Below the pieces are notes generated by a model that was given only the letters and a program-made list of their open reading frames with translations, was not told the DNA's origin and did not search any database. This document shows, in pieces, positions 49,434 through 60,842 of a DNA stretch of 64,000 nt. The stretch covers positions 558,001 through 622,000 of the forward strand of contig JASANG010000611.1 of the NCBI GenBank assembly GCA_030248215.1, read 5' to 3'. Every line of letters starts with the position of its first letter. Position 1 is the stretch's first letter. This DNA comes from Enoplolaimus lenunculus. Lineage: Eukaryota. The position numbers were made by a program, and so were the translations under genes.

Positions 49434-52400
49434 TCACCATGCAGCACCAGTTCGACCGGAAGGTTGTTGAAAGAATCCGGTATTGCTTTGTCGATTCATC
49501 GCACGCGATGGAGCAAAACCGAGCAGCTTTTGAAGATTCTACAACAAAATATTTACCGTCGCAAATCAAAAGGAAACTAGCAATATATACTTTTTAAAAA
49601 CTTCGACAAGCCACCAGAGTTGCACATAATGCGGGTACCTCTACCTACCCATGCGTAGACGCGGGACTGGCAGAAAATTTCTGGTGTAGGTTTTAGCATG
49701 TAAAAACGTTCCAAATCGCGTCTAAAATTTTTTAACCGTTACATTGTCGTTTTCGCGAAAAATAAATATTACTCTATTGAAATTTTAACATCTGAACCCA
49801 CTTATATATACATCTCTCAAAACTAAATCAACATTATCACTGTTACGATTCTCCCAGGCTACAATGCTGGCAATATATAATAAAATTGAAAAGCTATCCA
49901 ACTCAATTCGAAATTTATTGCTTCTGTAATTGTTTCTATTTAAACGTGTGTGCTAAATAACTTGTTTTCAACGTTGTAATCTTATCCATTTTGTTCCCTA
50001 ACACTGAAAAATAATTCAACCTAACAACTGGTGATGTGCCGATTAATCGGCATAGGTATCGGTTATACTGGCACGTTTCGAAACTATCGACACGGATACC
50101 GCAAAAAATTGCCGATACTTTTTACACTTAGCGGTGGATTGGAATGCTATTAATTTGACTTGCTGGCGTATAGTGTTGCTTTTGAACAGAAAACTATTAT
50201 TTCATTGGCGGTTGTGTTTGAAAAAAATAATTGAAATGAACCGATCTCATATAGTTATAACCGTTTATCATTGTTACGTTTTAAGTCTTCGCGCTTATAA
50301 CGATGCACTGTAGAAATCCTAATCAATTCCTTAAGCATCGTGTATTAAAATTGGAATCGGCATCGGCAAAATTTAAAAATAAGAATCGGCATTGGTATCG
50401 CCACACCATTACCATTCATAGAAAACAAGTTTTCCAGTTAACATTAAAACTAGAGCCCGTATGTTCAAATGTGGGTATTACCTATCATCTGTTGGCAATA
50501 ATTATTGTAGCTTTCGAACCTGGGAATTATGACTTTTGAAATTTACATTTTTTGCATTTGATTTGTGCTACTTGCCAAGTATTTTAGCTACGCAAATGCA
50601 GAAAGAAGCTTGTATTTTGAAAAATTATCACTAACGCCCTATTCACACGTACACGTTTTTGCAACGAACACTCGCAGCTGTAACTTACACGAAATAGTTG
50701 CAGCTTGCAGCTGCAAGTATTTGCAAGAAAACATCAGTTTCATTCTGAATGTTGATAAATAATTTATATGAATTATTTGCAGCTGCAAGAACTTCAAAAC
50801 TGTTTGGTGACCGAACTTTTTGCCCATGCAAGTTGCACGTGCACGTTTTTGCTGCAAAAATTTGCACGCGTGATTAGGGCTTTATTGGTGACAGATGCTA
50901 TATGCATTTGAGAATATAAGCCCAGAAATATTACTCCAGCTACTACACAATATTTCAATTACAACAAATCTATACATGAAAGCTGGAATGCCCCACATAC
51001 GTATTTTGGGCATCGTTCCAGCAGATTTTGTATTTACGTTACGTATACAAAATAACACTGTATCTGCAAAGCACTACAGCTTTTCAAAACGTATTTTTTA
51101 ATTTCGTTCGCTTAATATATGGGGATCAAGTAACAAATTAGCCTAGGACCAGAGAAGCCTTAGTCCAGTTGCACATGTGTGAGACTACGTGTACTAGTAT
51201 AAAATTTAACACTGAAAACAGTGAAAACATTTTATTCATATCGTGCTCACTCACTAATATGCTCTCACCTGACGAATTGACATTGTACACAAAATGTACA
51301 AAAAAATAAATGAGCAATCTGTAAAATCGTCACCGGTTAAATTTCGATGTGACACACCTTGGAGCCATGTAATCGGTGTAAAAGGCAATTTTGCCACAAC
51401 ACGACCGTCAAATCTAAATAAGCGCACCGCAAAAAATTAACTTAGATTGAGTAGTCTATTCGGAGTTAAAGCTACTACTACTACATCTGCAAAGCCACGC
51501 GACTTTTTTCATAACGCTTCTTCAATCTTGCGCACTTTCTTTCCACAAGCGTACGCGTAGTCTTTAGACTTAGATTTAGATTTCGGCGAAGGTTTACCTA
51601 AACCTTATCGTAAACCGCCTGTGGTGATACACAAAGTGCCCAACGAATCAGAAAAAGAACGCAATTTTTACATCGCCAAAATTAATTATACGCCATACAC
51701 AAAAACTACACAATCTAGAGCAAAAACCCCACGATAAGCACGTTATAAACTCCTAAATTCTACGTGGCAAACTACACTTCCACAGTGTAACCTGTTAAAA
51801 ATAATAAAAAATATATAAATTTGTTTTGTTTATCCGCAAATTACAAGTGTTGCTCTGCTAGTCTGTATTCGATCAAGTAGCATTTTGAATGTTTTTTACA
51901 ATTGTTTTTAAGCAATCCCTAACCCTACTATGATTCATGTTGCATTTCATATATACAGCATATATTTGACATTTTGCAAGGTTCCAGTTCAACCGGAGCA
52001 CACTTTTGTCGTTATCGGAATCTGAGACGAAATTCGATTTTCCTGCCGGAACCGGAATCGGAATTTCAACTTTAACCTTTCCTGTGACTATGATTATTTC
52101 TTTTAAACTGTAAAAAGATTATACTACATTATTTGTGCTCAGTGTTTATAATTTTTTAGTCATTATCTACAGTCCACTAACCAATATTTATTGGCCTGGC
52201 CTTAAATATGCAAAATTGCAAATTATTTCTACTATTTTTCGTTATCTCAAAGTATATTAAAGTTTGGACTCAGATTAATAATGACGGAAAAGAACACGTA
52301 ACCGAAAACTCCGAAATTAACATTTGGTCGGATTCTGAATCAGAACAGAAATGTTGGCCGGAATATCAGCTGGAATCGGAAATCCGCCGAAATGGCGCTT

Positions 52401-53160
52401 TACAAGCCGACAATTAACGGCCGCAGAAATTTTGTAAAAAAAAGACAAGCTCTTGTATATTACAGTGACCCGAATAAGAAGGGGTCCCCATTTTGAGTCC
52501 CAATCAATAGGAGTCCATATTCCTAATAAGAGTCCGTTAGCGGATAGTCAATAAACCCTAATTAGAGTACATAAATGTCAGTTATCCCTAATTGTAGCGC
52601 AGAAATGATTCCAAAACGGAATAAAGTTGAGTTCGAAACTTTAAAGCTTTCTTAAGTTTTGAAAGTACATTCCTACGTATAATCTTGCATTATCGCTCAA
52701 GCTATTGACACGACAAATAAGCGTTTAATTCAGCGGATAGTTGCAATACCAAATATATATGAGTAACGAAGGGCGGATTAAAATAAATAACAGTCCGTAA
52801 CCACCGAATAACAATGGGGGTACCCTCTGGAGAGGCCAAATAAATGTCAGTCCCCCTCTTATTCGGGTCACTACAGTACTTCTGTCCATAGGTTTAGCGG
52901 GGTCTTTTCGGTTATGCCCCCCAGCCCGCGTTTGCCCAAAAGTGGTCGGATTTTTCAAAATCCGACCACTTTTGGGCAAACGCGGGCTGTTGGAGGGATA
53001 ACCGAAAAGGCCCGTTTAGTCTTTAGAAAAGGCTTATATACCTAAACCGTATCCCTGATGTGGGAAGTTGTACGTGAGCTAAAAGAACTTACATCGAGTT
53101 GAACATGCTAAGAAGTGCCATGAACGCTAAGCCAATCGCAAACATGCTTTTCATCTTTAC
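49434..53160 (-). CDS. TMCO1: TMCO1 (EMC3/TMCO1 family, GEL complex subunit / ER Ca2+ load-activated channel); only the last three exons found, 5' exons not found in the window
   Basis: Exons 53160-53093 (VKMKSMFAIGLAFMALLSMFNSI), 51413-51269 (FDGRVVAKLPFTPITWLQGVSHRNLTGDDFTDCSFIFLYILCTMSIRQ), 49538-49434 (NLQKLLGFAPSRAMNRQSNTGFFQQPSGRTGAAW*). GT-AG introns and matching phases. Nearly identical to the conserved C-terminal half of TMCO1 (FDGRVVAKLPF, SHRNL.GDD.TDCSFIFLYILCTMSIRQN.QK.LG.APSRA). I could not find the N-terminal exons between 53161 and 64000. Confidence 0.93.
50635..50881. mobile_element. PIF/Harbinger-like MITE in TMCO1 last intron
   Basis: TAA-CGCCCTATTCACACGTACA...TGCACGCGTGATTAGGGCT-TTA; imperfect TIRs with TAA/TTA flanks. 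Confidence 0.7.
52460..52876. mobile_element. Tc1/mariner-like MITE (TA..AGTGACCCGAATAAG TIR); truncated relatives at ~46305-46505 and ~57532-57580
   Basis: AGTGACCCGAATAAGAAGGGG / CCCCTCTTATTCGGGTCACTACAG-TA inverted ends with TA flanks. Confidence 0.75.
52895..53018. repeat. Near-perfect long palindrome (33-bp perfect arms, 2-nt loop, imperfect outer arms)
   Basis: 52922-52954 CAGCCCGCGTTTGCCCAAAAGTGGTCGGATTTT, loop TC, then 52957-52989 as its exact reverse complement; outer CTTTTCGGTTAT/ATAACCGAAAAG. Confidence 0.95.
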
Positions 53161-53389
53161 CTGAAATTAAAACAACAAATATGCATTATTTAAGAAGCTG
53201 ACATTTGTGCAAAACATACAATTTGGAATAAATACATATACGAACTACGATAGACGAACTAAGAATACCTTAACATCCACCACAAATTCATTAATACGTA
53301 CATTATTGAGGCTAATTTTTTGAATAATTTGCACACACATACACGCACTAGAAAGCCGAACTAGAAAAATATCTTAAAATTCCGGGCAC

Positions 53390-53447
53390 CAGGTAACTTT
53401 TTATTACATACTTTTAATCAGGTAACTTTTTATTACATACTTTTAAT
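53390..53447. repeat. Exact 29-bp tandem duplication
   Basis: CAGGTAACTTTTTATTACATACTTTTAAT x2. Confidence 0.95.
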
Positions 53448-54288
53448 AGCCTAACGACAGTTTCGGAAAAGGTCTTGAATATTTAGAACCAAATACATAT
53501 ATGCACGAGCGTGCGAACAGCCGTACCAAAACTATTATAAACTTCCAGTGTAATTGCTTATTATATCCATTTCAGAAGCTAGCATTAGTACAGTAGTGTC
53601 TCGCTGTCAAAATAATTTGTGTACACATGTGCCTGACGAACTATGAAAAAAGCAACAAATATTCGCTGTCTTCCCTTGAGTGTCAGACATATCTTTACAG
53701 AAGTGCTACTGTCGCAAGACGTTACAAAGCGAACTTTATACGATAACAAGTAAACTCTGTCAAATATCTTGCATATACCACCGGTATACCCTGTGGCGGT
53801 TCCACAATTTTTTAAATGAGTCGCAACCTGTTCTGTACCCGGACCTTGGGCTAAGAGACCTTGTTTCTAACAGCTTTTTCAAACAATATAATAATTGGCA
53901 CTGCTAATTTAAAACTTGCAATATAAAGATGACCTAAAGAATAAACATATCACCGGTCTACCTTAGAACCGTTAGACAAAACTCAACCAATACGCCCAAG
54001 CTCAGCCCTAACATATATATATTGGAACATACGTATTTTGGACACCGTTCGAGCATAGACCAAATATTCTTGTGACGTATGTAACTAATTTGAATGCAAT
54101 TCCATACGTACACAAAATGATAACTTTAAGGGACCGCCAACTTCAACAGTGTCTAATATGCAAAATAGAATCGCTCTTCGTGCAATATGAGCTTTGCGAT
54201 GGTTGCAACAGATTTAGTCTGGCTTTATAACTAACATGTCGAATACGCCAAACCCATTGCATTGCAAAAGTTGTACATGCGTGCACCA

Positions 54289-54462
54289 CAGGCCCGTAGC
54301 CAGCTCACCTTGCTAGGGGGGCTAAAAGATTTTCAGAAGGATCATTCAAAGGTTTGTAACGACTTGCAAGCAAGGCTGAAAATTTTCAAGGGGGGGGGCA
54401 AAATTTTTCCAGGGGGAAGCGGAGCCCCCTTCACCCCTGGCAAGCCCTTAGCTACGGGCCCA
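54289..54462 (+). mobile_element. hAT-like MITE (CAGGCCCGTAGCCAG family)
   Basis: CAGGCCCGTAGC / GCTACGGGCCCA termini; 8-bp TSD GTGCACCA/GTGCAACA. Confidence 0.8.
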
Positions 54463-55752
54463 GTGCAACAACGTTGACTAGTACATAATATATACATAGA
54501 ATATGCAGACCTTGAAAGTAACAGAAACGGATTTCTTAAAAAACTTTGTTTCAACGTAACAACAGTTATATTATTATAACAGTGAACGTCATACTACACC
54601 GTTCATACACATGACCGCTACAGCGAACTATAAATATTTTTAAAAAAACGACCAAGTTATAACTCTACAAAATGCATATTTTCATATTTTTCAACTTTCC
54701 GCGCATCACACACAAGTCCACCCATCCCCATCAATCTATAAATGCCAACGTCTTTGCGCTTGTTCGGACTGCAACATAAACGAATACATAAAACTTCTGC
54801 AGAAAACCACATTCAACTCATACTGCACGTCAAAGAGTAATAGTACTACTGCAGGCAGTAACGTATCTAAAAATTTCACAAATAGGGGCGTTACATAACA
54901 GTGAAAAACTCGTTACCCCAAAGTTACCTAGAAGACAAACGCAACTGTAGTGGCAAACCTTAATACAAAATTTTTAATTTTAATATTTGGGGTCCTATGC
55001 CTGGATGCCCCCGTTGACTCCAATCGGTGACCGCAAGAAACTACTAACAAGGCAGCATCAAACACGTCCATCCCATGAAAATTTAAATACTCTTTGTCAC
55101 TTATCACCAATCGACGCCTCTTAGTGGACAAAACTTCACAGCTGCTCATTACCAAATGCTCCACAAAACTTATATACTCTTCGACTACACTAAATACCCG
55201 TTCAAGACGTTAACTAACCCCTCTTCGTTACAACGTATTTGCTTCGTGAACAAAACGTAAATTAACCCCGAAACAAAATACTCGCAAATTTTTTGAATTT
55301 CAAACAGTTGGAAGACAGTTGTGACTGAGCAGAGCAGGAACGTACGCGAGTGGGGAGTAAATCCTGTTCCAAAAATGCTGAAGACGAAAAAAAGCACATT
55401 TACAGACGTACGAATGGATATAACCTGCCGGATCATACAGTAAAAATTTTTTTCTCGCAAGTTATGCTCGTTGGCAAAACAATTTGAAATGATATACCTA
55501 TCTGAAACGGAATCCTGGCTGGCTGCGTTCACTGGAGCTGAGACAGAAACTATTATAAACTCTATCCACAATAAAGTTACACAAATGCAGTATATACATG
55601 AATGTATACACAGTTTGCGGTTGTATTTTATATGGCTGACGAGCGCAAACTTAAAGTTAACCACAGTTCGCCAATTGTCGCTCATCAGCAATATTAAATT
55701 CTGTTATTTTGTGTTGATGTTTCGAAATAAATCGTAGAAGGTTTGTTATTTG

Positions 55753-55908
55753 TAATTACTGCAATTTACAATTATATTTATACAATTATAATTACTGCAA
55801 TTTACAATTATATTTATACAATTATAATTACTGCAATTTACAATTATATTTATACAATTATAATTATGCAATTTACAATTATATTTATACAATTATAATT
55901 ATGCAATT
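55753..55908. repeat. AT-rich minisatellite, 36-bp unit, about 4.3 copies
   Basis: TAATTACTGCAATTTACAATTATATTTATACAATTA x3, then a 35-bp variant and a partial unit. Confidence 0.95.
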
Positions 55909-57268
55909 CAGTTTATAGTTGCGTAAAATCAATTTACAAACCAAATAATTAAGTGATATGTAAAAAGTCCTTGTCCAAGCTTAGATAAACATACTGCTCG
56001 CTTAGCCAGCAGCTAATCAACGGCTTTAAATGCTATATCCTCAAACAGCTCGGGTAACTTCACCAGAATACCCTACGATAATAAACTTTCGAGTAAAAAA
56101 GATTTATCCAAATCTGTTCAGCGATTGCCGATATTCACAACGGACGGACAGACACTAAACCATTCAACGTGAAGCTGAACACTATTATACTTCGAGGTCT
56201 TTCGAACGTCGCTCAATCAATTGGCAGACACATAATCTTCAACACTGCGTAAAAAATGCGTTTTTAAGCTAACAGTTATATATTGGCAAAAATATGTCAG
56301 CGATTTCTATCGCTTTTCGTTGCATGTAGATAAATGTCTAGATTTATGCTTCAGCTATAAACCTTAACCGAATAAATCTGCAAACGTACAACTTTCATTC
56401 TCATTCTAGCAACTCTCACTGTCTTTCAATATTGTTTCTGGCGTCGTTCGTAAAATCCATGGTGGTTCATAACTTTTATTACACGAAATACTCACTGTTC
56501 ACCGCAGTTCAGTATAAACACTTCACAACTTCTGCTGACTCTCTCTCATCTCAGGAGACAGACAATAATATATTAAGTGCTTGGCAAGTAATAGTAAACT
56601 CAGTCTTTTACACCGTTATCTTTTCACTCAAAATAACATCGCATGCACACACACATACGCTTCAGTGTTTTAAATTTTCAATTTTCACTTTACAATAATT
56701 AACACCTGCAGCATTTTTATTGATACTTATACAAACGCATAGTGTGTACTGGAGCGCAGCCAGGTTTTCACTTCGGACGGATATATGTTCCATTAATTTT
56801 TTCACTTTATAGAATCAAACAGAGCAGGTTAATCGAATGCCTTTAAAATTCCAGCTTTTATCGTCTCCAGAAATTCCTCGAAGTCATATAACCCTATTCC
56901 GCTTGTATACGCCCATACTGTATGAAATGTTAACGTTCTATAGCCCATACTCATGATTGATACTTTATAAATTAAAATATTTACTTTGAAATGTTTTATC
57001 TATTATCATCAGTATAATTCTTAGCGTATTCTATTGATGTAAGACTATTTTAAGACACTGCTGCTTTTTTAAAACAATATGAAACAAAATGAATCAAAAC
57101 ATCATCTACTTATAGCTTCTTCTTACCATTTATTGCGACCAAAAAATCCTCAGCAACTCCAGCAGTGACCACACGACAACACTAGGGTCAACAACTTAAC
57201 AACCCACGTAAATTTACGAGGTACCGCGAACCCAGACGATGATTCTCCGTGTACACACTGACCGAGAT

Positions 57269-57428
57269 CGGGCCCGCAGCCACATGAGGAGGCCAGGCGA
57301 GTTCAGACGCCCAAAGAATAGTTTTGACTCTCGTAGAAGTTTTTTTGCCCTGAGAATTGAGACCGCATGCCCCTTCTGAAATTGTTTTGCCCCCCCCCCC
57401 CGGAATGTTAATCTGGTTAACAGGCCTG
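57269..57428 (-). mobile_element. hAT-like MITE (CAGGCCCGTAGCCAG-related)
   Basis: CGGGCCCGCAGCCA / TGGTTAACAGGCCTG termini; TSD ACCGAGAT/TCGGAGAT (6/8). Confidence 0.6.
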
Positions 57429-57461
57429 TCGGAGATGCACTCAGCTGAAGAAGCACACACA

Positions 57462-57647
57462 CAGTGGCGGATCCAGGATCTCAAAATGGGGGGACCAAAA
57501 TTTCACAGGTAATAAACTTATTTTTGACCCATACTGTAGTGACCGAAATAAAAGGGGGCTCCCCATTTTCAGTCCCAATATAATTTTTGTCGAGATGCTG
57601 TTGGGGGGGCCACGGCCGGGATGGGCCCCCCCGTGGATCCGCCATTG
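57462..57647 (+). mobile_element. hAT-like MITE (CAGTGGCGGATCC TIR)
   Basis: 13-bp TIR CAGTGGCGGATCC / GGATCCGCCATTG (12/13). Flanked on both sides by AGCACACACA. Confidence 0.85.
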
Positions 57648-59000
57648 AGCACACACATATATATAACGACAGATGCCAATAAAATAAAACACAATGAAAA
57701 ATATTGTTTACTCTCAAAAACATCCCTCAACCAACACTTTAATTGAGATAATATGCTGCTTATAAAGCAACTCAACAATGTAACCGCTCGAAGAGTTCTC
57801 CTCCTTGCTCTGCAGCTTGAAAATGGCACACAAAATAGCCAAAAATGCAAAACACCTTAAATATAACATACATACATACATATAAATAATAGTTTCGAAC
57901 CCAGCCAACAGTTGTTATTCTGTGGGCAAAGCATTTTCACTTCCGCAAAGTTACTTTTACATATTGAACGACGTTGTACAACTATTGTTGTTGCAACCAT
58001 GATGCTTGCTTCGTAGCTCCACCGAACTAACATGCAAGCATATCCCAACTTGTAGCCAAGCGATCAAGTATAACCAACAGTTTAATCACGAGCGCATGAT
58101 CAGGCAATAAGGGTTTATTAACTTCCACTCCCGAAATTTCTGAGCAAACTGGCAAAAATTGCACATTACAGAGGCTTTTACGGTTAACAACTCTCAAATC
58201 GTAGTATTGTTGAAAAGTTTTCCGCACAATTCAACATGACTGCCATAACTTCGCGACCTGAAATCCTGCCTACACCACTGAGCACTGGGCATTCTCCTAC
58301 CACCCTCACCCACTCCTCCGGCGTACCTTCAATAAATACAAGCATCAAACTACCAAATTACAACATCAAGGTCCATTTATTGTTCACCCCGTACAATATA
58401 TAGGTTAAATTTCAATCGTCAAAACACGTACGCACCAATATGCAGCAAGCAACACCGTTTCGGTTCGTTTCTATTTTTAATCACAATTTCACAGGCTTTG
58501 TTTTCCAATTTTACCCCTGTATTTCTGTTTATTCGCTTGATGCCGTGTATTTTTGGAAGATGCCAGCAAAAACTATGCTTACTACAGCAAATCAGTGTGA
58601 CACCTAAAACTGTGAGTGTGGGCGACATTTCAAAACGAAACAGCGGAAACAACACTGCGGATATTTCTGGTTTGTGTGACATTTGCTTACGCTGCAGTTC
58701 CAGTAGTATAACACCCTAACTTGCAAAGGCTTTAGCTACGTAAAAAATAATCCGGTTAACTTTAAATTTCTACTTGCTCTGATATCCCCTAAACCTTCGC
58801 CTTTTTCGCATATTTGAGGTTTTCATATTCTCGATTGATTATATATTTCACGCGTAAACCGTCAACTTTTCAAAAATTTGATTTTCACGGTGCAAAATGT
58901 CGCCCTCGGAACCCCAAAAAATTTTTGTTAAAGCATTGCACAGATTACTTTCCGATGCAGCTTAGGGAGCTGAGTCGAACGGTGTTAAATTTTCCACAAT

Positions 59001-59107
59001 CAGACGTCTGATTAACGAATCAGTTATTCGACCATAAATCCGTTAGCCAGACGTCTGATTGACGAATCAGTTATTCGACCATAAATCCGTTAGCCAGACG
59101 TCTGATT
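59001..59107. repeat. 47-bp tandem repeat, about 2.3 copies, inside an inverted-repeat frame (~58958-59152)
   Basis: CAGACGTCTGATT(A/G)ACGAATCAGTTATTCGACCATAAATCCGTTAGC x2 plus CAGACGTCTGATT; flanked by GGTGTTAAA / TTTAACACC. Confidence 0.9.
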
Positions 59108-59687
59108 TGATTGCAAAACTTTAACACCATCTGAAGTAGCTCGGTAAGCAGTGTTGAATGTTATATGATTTGTCTAACTTTTTGACAAAAACATTTTTGG
59201 GTCGCAAGAGGGTGATCTCGGAATCTTAGAAATCGAATTATACAAAAATTCAAATTTGAGCGTGGAGTGATTAGAGAACGTCATGAAAAGTCCAAATATA
59301 CAACAATTTTCAAAATCCAACCAGTTTTTGGGGATACACCGACTGGGCGGACAACCGAAAACATCCGCAAAATGCGAGATCGTATATTTGCCGGTACAGG
59401 AAATATAGATTTCCAAATTTTTATCACATCAACCGAACCGCCAGGTCCATATCAGATGGTTGCCGCCCCACCAAACCACCCAATTGAACCCTACCTTCAA
59501 GTTTATCCTCCTCAACGAGCTCGTGAATTAGTATTGTGCGATTTCGGTTTCAGCTCCTGTGTCATAGCCGACCCTTAGAGTTGTAGTCCAAGATATCATT
59601 CCTTGACAGCATAACCACATTTGAAATTTTTTGGGAGGCAGCATAGCAAGCGAAAAACTTTTCCGGACCCATACAGATTATTTTACA

Positions 59688-59729
59688 GCGTATAAAAGTG
59701 TCTTTTTCGCGTATAAAAGTGTCTTTTTC
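59688..59729. repeat. Exact 21-bp tandem duplication
   Basis: GCGTATAAAAGTGTCTTTTTC x2. Confidence 0.9.
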
Positions 59730-60709
59730 AAATCTTTCCACTAACTTCATGACGGAGAAATAGGTATATATCTCTCAGTCCCCCCCGTTGTATACACCCC
59801 TGCTGACCCTAATCTACCCATTCAAAGTCTATCAATACTCTACTATATGTGCCCATATGTCTGTGCAATTGACACACAATTTCAATGACACACATTCATC
59901 GCGAAATCATATCTTTTGCCCGCTTGCTTGACATAATACCAACACCAAAAGCCTACTTTTGGTCAGCACTTCAAGTTGCAGCAGACCACGACATCATTTT
60001 GGAAATACACACCCAGTCCGATAAAATGTATGCGTATATACTTCCTCTCTCAAAATGGACCAATTGTCTTTTATCCCATTTTATATATATAGCACTTTCT
60101 CAACCGGTTCTTAATGACCGATTTATGTTTAGTGTCACAAGGGGCCCATACAATTTTGCAGGGATAAAGCGAATTTACCTCTGTCCGAAATTTCTCAAGA
60201 CAGACGAAAAACAGTTTTAACTAACATAGAATCACCTTACAGGGTCCTAGACTCTTATAGGTTAAAATATTTTTGTATACATGAGGTTATACCCACGCGA
60301 ATTTAAATCCTGGCTATGTGCCTAGATAACGCACAGTGGCGGATTTAGAAATTTCTCACTGAGATATCACGCGATATATTACTGAAAAAATCTCACAAAT
60401 GAAGGCCTTCGAGAAGACAACCAACCACAATTTCAGTACAAAATTTTAGTACAAAATTTTTCTGATCACTGTTGCAAGTGTACTGACCAGGTGCCCGCTT
60501 ATGCGCTTCAATCAGTATATGGTTGGATTGTATATAAGCCGAATACATACGTATATTTTGGTTCAATCAATATAAACTAAGTTTAAGATCAATCTTGGCG
60601 GAAGTTTTCGAAGAGTTTTATGTCATAAACGTTGCGATTTGGCTATACTTACAAGGCAATGTTTTCAGACCGCTACAATTACTGTGTAATATGCTCTTGT
60701 ATAGGGCGA

Positions 60710-60842
60710 GAATCACGACCATTCGTCGACCGACAACTTGTAATACATAATCTTCTAGCGTCTCCAATTTCTCACTATGTATTAGGCTTAGGCTTAGGAG
60801 CCTGTTACGCGACAAGTTGTCCAGGCGACGAATTGTAGATTC
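60710..60842. mobile_element. MITE family T2 (GAATC..CAATTCGTCG..CGACAA TIRs) with an internal TTAGGC array; related copies at ~37300-37437 and ~38838-38986
   Basis: Ends GAATCACGACCATTCGTCGACCGACAACTTG and CAAGTTGTCCAGGCGACGAATTGTAGATTC are imperfect inverted repeats. Internal TTAGGCTTAGGCTTAGG. Confidence 0.7.

Noticed and set aside
55185..55691. 168-aa hydrophobic ORF as a membrane protein or TMCO1 N-terminus
   Set aside because: No TMCO1 motifs (e.g. W..VYR, the Lys-rich coiled coil); composition is explained by T/G strand skew.
59001..59107. CRISPR-like array (palindromic repeat at regular spacing)
   Set aside because: The intervening sequences are near-identical rather than unique spacers, there are no cas genes, and the context is eukaryotic.
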